A stretch of 64,000 nt of DNA from the NCBI GenBank assembly GCA_963719225.1, contig CAVRAY010000001.1, positions 1,728,001-1,792,000 on the forward strand, given 5' to 3'. The stretch comes from Thermoanaerobaculia bacterium. Lineage in GTDB: Bacteria; Acidobacteriota; Thermoanaerobaculia; UBA5066. The translations under genes and the position numbers were made by a program. Of this stretch, positions 9,113-17,462 are shown one piece after another (the stretch's first letter is position 1; every line of letters begins with the position of its first letter). The notes beneath the pieces are model-generated. The model was not told the origin of the DNA, did no database searches, and saw only the letters and a program-made list of their open reading frames with translations.

Positions 9113-9684
9113 TGGACCGGGAATCCGCGCGCGGCCTCCTGGTCAGCGTTCTCCGTCACGCCCACGCCGGCGAGCTCGCGGCCGGTCACGCGTACCGCGG
9201 ACACGCGGCGTCCGTCTCCGATCCCGCCGAGAAGGCCCGGATCCGGCAGATCGAGGACGAGGAGTGGGTGCATCGCCGGCAGGTCGGGGAGATGCTCGCA
9301 GCCCTCGGCGAGGGCCCGGAGCCTGCGCAGGAGAGGAAGCTCTTCTTCATCGGGAAGACGATCGCGCTCCTCTGCCGGATCGGCGGCTGGTACGTACCGA
9401 TGTACGGCGCGGGCCGGCTCGAGAGCCACAACGTCAAGGAGTACGAAGACGCGGCCGACTTCGCCGTCGACTCCGGACACCCGGAGTTTGTCGAGTGCCT
9501 TCTCGAGATGGCCGAGGTCGAGTGGGACCACGAGGCGTACTTCCGCGGGAAGGTCGAGAGCCACTGGCTCCGCCGCGTGATCCGCGTCTGGCCGGCGATC
9601 CCTCCGAAGGGCTCGATCCGGACGGACTTCGCCCACCGAAATTCTGGCTATGCGATGCCGGCCCGCGAGCCGCTCGCCGTCTGA
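9112..9684 (+). CDS. Ferritin-like di-iron protein (Coq7-like superfamily)
   Basis: HAGELAA, EEWVHR and EVEWDHE ExxH pairs; TGATG coupling to pdp. Confidence 0.7.
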   Translation: MDRESARGLLVSVLRHAHAGELAAGHAYRGHAASVSDPAEKARIRQIEDEEWVHRRQVGEMLAALGEGPEPAQERKLFFIGKTIALLCRIGGWYVPMYGAGRLESHNVKEYEDAADFAVDSGHPEFVECLLEMAEVEWDHEAYFRGKVESHWLRRVIRVWPAIPPKGSIRTDFAHRNSGYAMPAREPLAV

Positions 9685-9712
9685 GCGAAACCGTTCGGGC
9701 GCAACCGGAGAG

Positions 9713-10357
9713 TCAGGGCACCGTCCGCGTCGAGACGGCGCCCGAGGCGGCATGAAACTCCAGCTCGACTGATCCGATCCGGAGCGTGTCGCCGTCGCGA
9801 AGCGGAACGCGGCCTTCGATGCGTTTCTCGCCGTAATAGGTGCCGTTCTTGCTCCCGAGGTCTTCCAGCTCGGCGGTTTCGCCCTTGACGAGGATGCGCG
9901 CGTGGCGACGCGAGACGGACGGGTCTCCGAGCCAGATTCCGACTTCCGGATCACGGCCCAGGACGTTTTCTCCCTCCGAGAGATAGAGGACGTTCAGGCC
10001 CCAGACGAGCCACAGGCGGACTCCCGCACGCCCTCGCGCCGGCGCTCGCTCGGCAACGACGTCCGCCGCGAAGGAATAACCGAAGCCGTGGTGCGTCTTG
10101 ATGAACGCCGGATGCTTCGCCTCGTCCCCGATCGCGGACCGGACGTCGTTCACGAGGCTGGTCAGGTTCGACTCCGTAACGAGGACGTCGGGCCAGATGG
10201 CTGCGATGAGCTCCTCGCGGGAAAGGGCGCGAGGACGTTCCTTCAGGAGGAGCGCGAGGAGGTCGAACGCCTTCCCCGTCAGGTGAACGGGGTCGGGCCC
10301 GCGAAGGAGAAGCCGAGAGTCCTCGTCGAACGTGACCTCGCCGAATCGGAGACGCAT
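9713..10357 (-). CDS. Transcriptional regulator, OmpR/CadC-type winged HTH + FHA domain
   Basis: LSREELIAAIWPDV...FIKTHHGFGYSF; FHA GRD, SVSRRHA, DLGSKNGT. Confidence 0.88.
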   Translation of the reverse strand: MRLRFGEVTFDEDSRLLLRGPDPVHLTGKAFDLLALLLKERPRALSREELIAAIWPDVLVTESNLTSLVNDVRSAIGDEAKHPAFIKTHHGFGYSFAADVVAERAPARGRAGVRLWLVWGLNVLYLSEGENVLGRDPEVGIWLGDPSVSRRHARILVKGETAELEDLGSKNGTYYGEKRIEGRVPLRDGDTLRIGSVELEFHAASGAVSTRTVP

Positions 10358-10446
10358 GGCGTTGTTCCGATTATCGGAGGGAGAAGGCAGGTTTATCCCA
10401 CGAATTCGGAAGGACTCGATAGGGGGCGCGGAACGACCTTCCTGCC

Positions 10447-10974
10447 ATGCAGGAAGATCGGGTCCGCCGCACAACGAGCTTCGCCTGCGCCGCGTTCGTC
10501 GCCGTCGCGATCTGTGCTTCGGCCGGCGCGGCGCCGCTGCAGGGAGGGCGAGAGGGCGCGAGCCGGACTCCCACGCGCACGCTCGTCGCCGCCGCATCCG
10601 CCCGCGCGTCGGCGAAGCTCCTGAGGCCCGAATGCCGGGAAGTGCTCTCGGACTTTCGAAATGCCGAGGGCAGGCGACTCTCGGAGATCCTCGAGGAGCG
10701 CCGAATGGGTGCCAACGAGTTCCTCTCGACCCTGTTCTTCGTCGACGGCCGGGCCACGCCCTTGTGCGCGAGCGGCAAGGCCGCTGCGGGAGCGAACCCG
10801 GGAAGCATCTTCATCGGGGTGTGCAAGGAGACGTTCGCCCGCGTGGATGCGGCCGACCCAGGCCTCGCGGCCAACGTCGTCATTCACGAGATGCTTCACG
10901 CCCTGGGTCTCGGAGAAAACCCGCCGTCGAGCGAAGAGATCAGCCGGCAGGTGGGAAAACGCTGTGGCTTCTGA
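10447..10974 (+). CDS. Small exported protein with HExxH zincin motif
   Basis: Signal-like N-terminus; VVIHEMLHALGLGE. Confidence 0.65.
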   Translation: MQEDRVRRTTSFACAAFVAVAICASAGAAPLQGGREGASRTPTRTLVAAASARASAKLLRPECREVLSDFRNAEGRRLSEILEERRMGANEFLSTLFFVDGRATPLCASGKAAAGANPGSIFIGVCKETFARVDAADPGLAANVVIHEMLHALGLGENPPSSEEISRQVGKRCGF

Positions 10975-10998
10975 TGCGGGATTAGACTTGTTCCCAAC

Positions 10999-13575
10999 TT
11001 GACGCTCGCTCCCGGCTCGAAGCTCGGCCCGTACGAAGTCGTCTCGCTTCTCGGCGCGGGCGGAATGGGTGAAGTCTGGAAGGCTCGTGACGCGCGACTC
11101 GGAAGAGAAGTCGCGATCAAGGTCCTGCCGGAAAATTTCTTGGAAGGTGAAGAGAGAAAGCAGCGCTTCGAGCGCGAGGCGAAGCTGTTGGCGAGCCTGA
11201 ATCATCCCGGAATCGCAACTCTCTACTCATTCGAAGAAATCCCCGGTTCTCCCGGTTCTCCTCCCCGGCACATCCTCGTCATGGAGCTTCTCGAAGGCGA
11301 GACGCTGCGCGAGCGGCTGCGAGCGGGGCCGCTGCCGCCGCGCAGAGCCGTCGACTTGGCCGTCCAGATGGCGAAGGCCCTCGCTGCGGCGCACGAGAAT
11401 GCAATCGTCCACCGGGATCTGAAGCCCGAGAACGTTTTCCTGACGAAGGACAGCCGGGTCAAGATCCTGGACTTCGGTCTCGCGAAGCTCACGCGGCGGG
11501 AAGCAGCGGTGGAGAAGCTCACGGAGGCCGGGACGCTGTCCGTCCTGACCGACGCGGGCGCGGTGTTCGGGACGGCGGGTTACATGTCTCCGGAGCAGGT
11601 TCGCGGCGAGCCTGTGGACGCCCGCTCGGACATCTTCAGCTTCGGCACGATCGTCTACGAGATGCTTTCCGGAAAGAACCCGTTCCGGGCGGCCACGACA
11701 GCCGAGACGATGACGGCCATCCTCAAGGAGGACCCGCCCGAGATTAGCGCGAGCCAGCCGAGCGCTTCTCCGGCGCTGGAGCGGATCGCCCGCCGGTGTC
11801 TGGAAAAGAACGCCGAGCAGCGTTTCCAGTCGGCGCGCGACGTGGGCTTCGCGCTCGAGGCGCTTTCGGGCTCCGCTTCCAAGGACACTGTCGCGGCTCC
11901 GAACAAAGCAGGCGGGTTCCTGCCGCGGCGTCCTTTCGCGGTCTTGGCCGCGAGCGTGTTGCTGGCTGCGGCGCTCGGTTTCCTGGGCGGCAAGGAGTTC
12001 ATGCCCTCGGCACTCCCGACCTTCAAGCGCCTCACGTTCCGACGGGGCTCGAACCAGTCCGCCCGGTTCGCGCCCGACGGGCAGACGGTCGTCTATGGCG
12101 CGGCGTGGGACGGCGGGCCGATTCGGGCCTACTCCACGGGCCTGAGCGGCCCCGAGTCGCGGCCGCTGGACCTCCCGAACGCCGACGTCGTGGCGGTCTC
12201 TCGCTCGGGCGAGCTCGCCATCCTCCTGAACCGGAATGACGGGGGTGTTCCCTTGAACACGGGCACCCTCGCGCGCGTGCCGCTCGCAGGCGGCGCCCCC
12301 CGCGAGCTCCTCCGGAATGTCTATGACGCGGACTGGTCTCCCGACGGGAAGGAGCTCGCCGTAGTGCGGCGTGACGGAACCCTCAGTCAGCTCGAGTTTC
12401 CGATCGGGACCATGCTCTACCGAGGCGCGTTTTACCGTGCCCGTGTCTCCCCGGACGGGAAACTCGTGGCCTTCCTGGAGAACGCAGTCGGCCTCTGCGT
12501 CGTGGACCGAGCGGGCAAGAAGCGGCAGCTCACCGATTGGCGCATGCGGTTTCCCATCGGCGGCGTCGCGTGGTCGCCGAAGGGCGACGAGGTCTGGTAC
12601 GCGGGGAGCGAGGGCATCGGCGACTCCCTCTACGCCGTTACGCTTTCGGGGAAGCAGCGGGTCGTGGCTCGCTTCCCTTCCTTTGCCGTCCTCCAGGACA
12701 TCTCGCCGGGCGGCCGCGTCCTCGTCACGCTCGGCGAGCTGCGGAGCGGGATCATCGGGCTTCCCCCGGGAGAAACCCGTGAGCGCGATCTGTCCTGGCT
12801 CGACTATCCCAGTATCGTGGTCCTCTCGAAAGACGGGACGACACTCCTCTTCCACGAGTCGGGGGAGGGAGTCCGTGGCACAAGGACACTCTATCTCCGG
12901 CGGACCGACGGGCTCTCGCCGCCTGTAAGGCTCGGCGAGGGGTCTGGAGAGGCCCTTTCGGATGACTTGAAGTGGGTGCTCGCGATGCGGAAGGGTGTCA
13001 AGGCGGAATGGCTTCTCTGGCCCACGGGAGCCGGGGAATCGAGGGTCGTCCGCGGGTCGGACCTCGAGCTCGAAGGGGGAGAATTCTTCCCCGACGGCAA
13101 ACGGCTCCTCCTGGAGGGCCGGCAGCCGGGGCGGCCCGCGAGGCTGTTCGTCATGGACCTTCCAGATGGAGAGCCGCGCCCGCTCACGCCTGAAGGCATC
13201 GTTTTTCTCAACGGACAGGCAGGGGTCTCTCCCGATGGTCGGTCCGTCGCGGCGAAGGGCCCCAACGGAGAGATCCTCATTTTCGGCGCGGACGGTGGAG
13301 AGCCCCGGACACTTCCGGGCCCTTGGGAATCCCGGGTTGGCCCGTGGAGCGCGGACGGGCGATCGTTTTACGTGTCGGAGCGCCAGGGGACTGTCATCAA
13401 GGTATTCCGGCGAGACCTCGCGAGCGGCCGCCGGGAGCCCGTCCGGGAAATCACCCCCTCCGATCCGGCCGGCGTTTTCGCGATTACCTCGCTCCTTTCC
13501 CAGGACGGGGCGTCCTACGTGTATGCCTACTGGCGCCACCTCTCGAACCTCTACGTCGTTGACGGGTTGAAATAG
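10999..13575 (+). CDS. Ser/Thr protein kinase with TM helix and TolB/PD40-like beta-propeller
   Basis: GAGGMG, VAIK, HRDLKPEN, DFG, YMSPEQ; TM at about aa 310-330; repeated (W/F)SPDG. Confidence 0.92.
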   Translation: MTLAPGSKLGPYEVVSLLGAGGMGEVWKARDARLGREVAIKVLPENFLEGEERKQRFEREAKLLASLNHPGIATLYSFEEIPGSPGSPPRHILVMELLEGETLRERLRAGPLPPRRAVDLAVQMAKALAAAHENAIVHRDLKPENVFLTKDSRVKILDFGLAKLTRREAAVEKLTEAGTLSVLTDAGAVFGTAGYMSPEQVRGEPVDARSDIFSFGTIVYEMLSGKNPFRAATTAETMTAILKEDPPEISASQPSASPALERIARRCLEKNAEQRFQSARDVGFALEALSGSASKDTVAAPNKAGGFLPRRPFAVLAASVLLAAALGFLGGKEFMPSALPTFKRLTFRRGSNQSARFAPDGQTVVYGAAWDGGPIRAYSTGLSGPESRPLDLPNADVVAVSRSGELAILLNRNDGGVPLNTGTLARVPLAGGAPRELLRNVYDADWSPDGKELAVVRRDGTLSQLEFPIGTMLYRGAFYRARVSPDGKLVAFLENAVGLCVVDRAGKKRQLTDWRMRFPIGGVAWSPKGDEVWYAGSEGIGDSLYAVTLSGKQRVVARFPSFAVLQDISPGGRVLVTLGELRSGIIGLPPGETRERDLSWLDYPSIVVLSKDGTTLLFHESGEGVRGTRTLYLRRTDGLSPPVRLGEGSGEALSDDLKWVLAMRKGVKAEWLLWPTGAGESRVVRGSDLELEGGEFFPDGKRLLLEGRQPGRPARLFVMDLPDGEPRPLTPEGIVFLNGQAGVSPDGRSVAAKGPNGEILIFGADGGEPRTLPGPWESRVGPWSADGRSFYVSERQGTVIKVFRRDLASGRREPVREITPSDPAGVFAITSLLSQDGASYVYAYWRHLSNLYVVDGLK
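11131..11242. repeat. Convergent pair of dispersed motif copies inside the kinase gene
   Basis: ATTTCTTGGAAGGTGAA (+, 11135-11151) is identical to 29130-29146; CATTCGAAGAAATCC (11228-11242, motif on minus strand) is identical to 51169-51183. Confidence 0.75.
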
Positions 13576-14130
13576 TCAGGGCGACGTGCCCTCGCGCCGG
13601 ATGCGCCGGTAGGCGACGACGAGAGCGGCCGTGAAGACGACGCCGAAGATCACGAGCAGCCGCACGAGGGCGGGGTCGGACGAGATCGGAGGCCCCGCGC
13701 CTGCGCGCCATTCGCGATAGTTGCCGAGGACGAGCGTGCGGTCCTTCTGCAGGAACACCCAGCCCGTCGCGAAGATGAGGCACGCGGCGATGAGGAGCCG
13801 GTTCAGGCTCACGCGGCCCGCGCGCACGAGCGCGACGCCCGCCGCGAGGCCCGCGACGTTCGACGAGAGGTAGAGCGTCATGAACATGGGAATGAAAACC
13901 GGGTACGCGAGGACGGAGTCCTCGTGCCACCACATGTGCGAGGTCTCGAAGCCGAAGTGACGCACGAGGAGCTCGATCGGCAGCCAGCTCGCGAAGACGC
14001 CGAAGAAGAGGAGGTCGCGCACGACCGTGCGCCAGACGTGTTCGCTCTCGCCGGTGGCGAGCTGGGCGCGGGCGGCGTCGGCGTGGAGACCGCCGAGGGC
14101 GAACGCCACCGGGATGTCGATCTGCACCAT
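13576..14130 (-). CDS. Hypothetical multi-pass membrane protein
   Basis: 184 aa, about 5 hydrophobic segments; GGAGG RBS; 12 nt downstream of TonB receptor stop. Confidence 0.7.
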   Translation of the reverse strand: MVQIDIPVAFALGGLHADAARAQLATGESEHVWRTVVRDLLFFGVFASWLPIELLVRHFGFETSHMWWHEDSVLAYPVFIPMFMTLYLSSNVAGLAAGVALVRAGRVSLNRLLIAACLIFATGWVFLQKDRTLVLGNYREWRAGAGPPISSDPALVRLLVIFGVVFTAALVVAYRRIRREGTSP

Positions 14131-14142
14131 CGAAGCCTCCTC

Positions 14143-16188
14143 TCAGAAGCGGAAGCGCAATTCGCCCGTCACGCGCCGGCGCAGGATGTCGCCGAAGACG
14201 TGCTGTTGGACGTGTGCGTCGGTCACGTTCACGGCGCGCACGGCGACGGCGAGCCCGTTCGGAAACGTCCATCCCGCCGCCGCGTTCCAGAGCGTGAACG
14301 GGGCCGTCGTGCCGACGTACGGCTGCACGTCCGTCCAGAAAGCCGACGCCGTGTAGTTCACGGAGGCCGACGCGAAGAAGGGACCCGACGCGACGCTGAG
14401 CCCCGCGTTGATCCGGTGCCGCGACGGCAGGTTCACGGGGATCGTCGCCGCACCCTGCTCGCTCACCTGAGGGTCCGCCTGCCACGAGTAATTCGCGAAC
14501 GCCGTCAGGATGCGTGTAATTTTCGCGTCGGCCGACACCTCGAAGCCGCGATCCACGATGCGCCCGAGGTTGCGGTAGCTGAACGTCTTCGGGAGCGCGA
14601 TCTGGTCGAGGACCGACGGCGGCAGGGGCCAGCCCGGCGGCGGGGCGGCCGACGTGTAGTTCTCGATGGGCACGAAGAAGATGCGGTCGCGCGAGATGTT
14701 GTAGTAGGCCGAGACGGTGACGGTGACGCGCCGGGCGAACGTGCCGGTGTAGCCGATCTCGAATGCGTTCATCGTCTCGGCGTCGAGATCGGTCGAACCC
14801 GTCGCGAGGATCGGGAAGACGTATGGACCCGTCGGAAGCGTCGCGAGCGCGGAGCTGGGGAAATAGAGGAAGTCTTCGACGAGGGAGGGCGCGATGAACG
14901 CGCGGTTCCAGCTCAGTCGAAAGGTATGGTCCTTGCTCGGCTCGAAGATGAGTCCCGTGCGCGGCGAGAGTGCGCCGCCGTACGTGTCGGACCAGTCGTA
15001 GCGCGTGCCGATCCTCAGACGCAGCGTCTCGGCGAGGAAGATCTCGTCCTCGAGGAAGACGCCGAGGTCGGTGCGCGCGTGGACGTCGGGCACGAGGCTC
15101 AGGTCGAAGTGGCTGTAACGCGCGCTCGCACCCCACGAGACGAGGTTCTTCTCCCCGAAGAGGTGGCGGTCACCGGCTTCGGCCGCTATGCCAAGGTTCT
15201 TGATGGTGACGACGTCCGGGCTCAGGAAGCCGACGTACTTCGCGTCGTGCAGCGTGACGTTCGCCGAGGTGTGGAAGTCGCCCTTCTTGTATTCGGCCCC
15301 CGCGTGGCCTTGGTAGAGGTCCTTGCTGTCGAAGGGACCGAGGCCCGTGAGGATGGCGCCGTCGCTCGAGGCGAAGCCGGCGCCGAGCTTCCACTTCCCC
15401 GCGTCCGGGCGGTCGAGGTCGAGGCGCAGGTCGATGCGGTACTGGTGCGTGCCGGTGTTGTCGTAGGCGGGCAGCGGCGTTCCGTCGGGGAGAGCCGTGG
15501 GCCTTTCCCACGCGTCCTGCTTGAAGTACGACGCGCTGACCTTGTAGGACGCGGCGCCGGACGCACCGGCATGGATCACGCCGGCCTCCCGCGTCCCGAG
15601 GGTGCCCCCGCCGACCTTGACCGACGTACCGAGCATCTCGGCGGGGTCCTTCGTGAGGATGTTCACGACGCCGCCGAACGCGTTCGGGCCCCACATCGCG
15701 GAGTCGGGTCCGCGGATGACCTCCACCTGCTTGACCTCGTCGAAGTTGATGGGCAGGAGGTCCCACAGGACCATCCCGAAGTAGTCCTGGTAGATGGTTC
15801 GGCCGTCGAGAAGCGCGAGCGTCGCGCGCGCGTTGCGCCCCGTGGCCAGGCGCGGCGTGAGGTTCACGTCGCGCGCGGACGTCTGTGCGACGTTGAGACC
15901 CGGCACCGGACGCAGGAGATCGCCGTAGCTCTCGGCGGCGGACGTCTCGATCTCGGGGGCGGAGACGACCGTGACCGCGACGGGTGCGTCGCGCAGCTCC
16001 TCGGCGGTCTTGCTCGCGGTCACGACGACCGTCTCGCCGTACGTGCGCTCGGGCTTCTCGGCGGCGTTCGACGTCGACGCGGGGACAGTCGGCGTGGGCG
16101 TCGGCACCGGCGCGGCCTCCTGCGCTAAGACGGCGCGCGCGAATCCGAGCGCGGCCGCCGCGAGGGCAGCCGAGAGCCGCCGGCTCAC
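14143..16188 (-). CDS. TonB-dependent receptor
   Basis: Signal peptide, TonB-box-like ETVVVTA, plug motif VEVIRGPDSAMWG, C-terminal Phe (ELRFRF); GTGA overlap. Confidence 0.88.
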   Translation of the reverse strand: MSRRLSAALAAAALGFARAVLAQEAAPVPTPTPTVPASTSNAAEKPERTYGETVVVTASKTAEELRDAPVAVTVVSAPEIETSAAESYGDLLRPVPGLNVAQTSARDVNLTPRLATGRNARATLALLDGRTIYQDYFGMVLWDLLPINFDEVKQVEVIRGPDSAMWGPNAFGGVVNILTKDPAEMLGTSVKVGGGTLGTREAGVIHAGASGAASYKVSASYFKQDAWERPTALPDGTPLPAYDNTGTHQYRIDLRLDLDRPDAGKWKLGAGFASSDGAILTGLGPFDSKDLYQGHAGAEYKKGDFHTSANVTLHDAKYVGFLSPDVVTIKNLGIAAEAGDRHLFGEKNLVSWGASARYSHFDLSLVPDVHARTDLGVFLEDEIFLAETLRLRIGTRYDWSDTYGGALSPRTGLIFEPSKDHTFRLSWNRAFIAPSLVEDFLYFPSSALATLPTGPYVFPILATGSTDLDAETMNAFEIGYTGTFARRVTVTVSAYYNISRDRIFFVPIENYTSAAPPPGWPLPPSVLDQIALPKTFSYRNLGRIVDRGFEVSADAKITRILTAFANYSWQADPQVSEQGAATIPVNLPSRHRINAGLSVASGPFFASASVNYTASAFWTDVQPYVGTTAPFTLWNAAAGWTFPNGLAVAVRAVNVTDAHVQQHVFGDILRRRVTGELRFRF

Positions 16189-17462
16189 GCGTCCACGGGG
16201 TCCGGTGGCGCGCCGGGTCCCGTCCGCCGGAGCGACTCCGGCAGGAACGTCTGCTTGTAGCCGGGCGGGAGCTTCGAGAGCTCCTCCGTGAGGGCGATGT
16301 GGAGCGAATCGGACGCACGGGAGAGAAACGTGCCGCCCGAGATGCGCTGGAGAATGTCGTAGACGATTTTGAGCGCGAGGAGGACGATCTCCTCGGAGAA
16401 CCCCGCGAGCCCTTGCTTGCCCGACAGCTCCACACCGAGGAGCTTCATGGTCTCCGGCCCGAGGATGTCGCGCATGACGAGGCGCGGGAGCCGCGCGAGA
16501 TCGGCCGGGCGCAGGTGCTTGAGCGGGAGTTCGCGCGGGACATGATCGCCCAGGAGCTTCTCGACGAATTCGACGAGGGCGCGCGTGATCGCGACGCCGT
16601 CGTCCGTCCGACCCGCCTGTCGCGCGCGGATCGCGTGGTAGAGCATCTCGGCGCGGGTGAACCGCGACGGTCCGCCGTCGCCCGGCTCGGGCTCCGGGAG
16701 GAGGCTCCGGTCGATTCCGAGAACGGCGCCGACGACGTTCCAGCAATGGATGAAGGCGTCTTCCTGCGCGGGCGTGACCTCGGCGCCCATGGTCCTGAGG
16801 CCGCGCAGGACGACGTACGCGAACGTCTGGAGCGTGTAGGCCATGTCTTCCTGGCAGATCGGGTGGCCCCATTCCGGGTCCCAGCGCGCTTCGCCCCAGA
16901 CCTTGCCCATGTCGTGGCCTTCGCCCGTGGCCGTCGTGAGGATGAGATGGCGGACGGCGGCATGCAGGAGGCGCACCTTCTGGACCGAGAGGATGCCCTT
17001 CGCGCCTGGCGTGAGGCCTCCCGGCAGCATCGCGTCGCGCACCATCTGCGACGTTTCGAGGATGCGCAGGCCGGGACGGTTCTTGAGGTACGTCGTCAGG
17101 CCGAGTACGTGGATGCCGTTCTTCATCACGTAACACTCGGGCAGGCTCGCGCAGACGAGCAGCACGGTCGCGCCGAGGCCGTTGCCGTAGAAGAATTTCT
17201 GGCCGGCGTCGACGAGCGCGGGGTCGGCCCAGGGAGGCGGGTCTGCGCTCGCCACCGCGAAGTCGTGCACGGGTCCCGGAAGGTTCGCGTGCGTGAAGTC
17301 TTTTTCGAACGTGAGGCCGAAGAGGAAGTCGTTCATCGACTTCAGCCCCGCGCGCCCGCCCCCCGCCTCGTCATAGAGCGAAGCGACCGCCGCGTCGGCA
17401 AGCGGGTCGCCCACGAGGCGCATCGGCGCGAGTGCTGCGTCCGTCCACGGTGTGAAGCTCAT
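16185..17462 (-). CDS. Lcp/MpaB-family (DUF2236) heme oxygenase
   Basis: GDPLADA, RILETSQ, KVRLLHAAVRHLI (heme His motif), PICQEDMAYT; no obvious signal peptide. Confidence 0.85.
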   Translation of the reverse strand: MSFTPWTDAALAPMRLVGDPLADAAVASLYDEAGGGRAGLKSMNDFLFGLTFEKDFTHANLPGPVHDFAVASADPPPWADPALVDAGQKFFYGNGLGATVLLVCASLPECYVMKNGIHVLGLTTYLKNRPGLRILETSQMVRDAMLPGGLTPGAKGILSVQKVRLLHAAVRHLILTTATGEGHDMGKVWGEARWDPEWGHPICQEDMAYTLQTFAYVVLRGLRTMGAEVTPAQEDAFIHCWNVVGAVLGIDRSLLPEPEPGDGGPSRFTRAEMLYHAIRARQAGRTDDGVAITRALVEFVEKLLGDHVPRELPLKHLRPADLARLPRLVMRDILGPETMKLLGVELSGKQGLAGFSEEIVLLALKIVYDILQRISGGTFLSRASDSLHIALTEELSKLPPGYKQTFLPESLRRTGPGAPPDPVDA

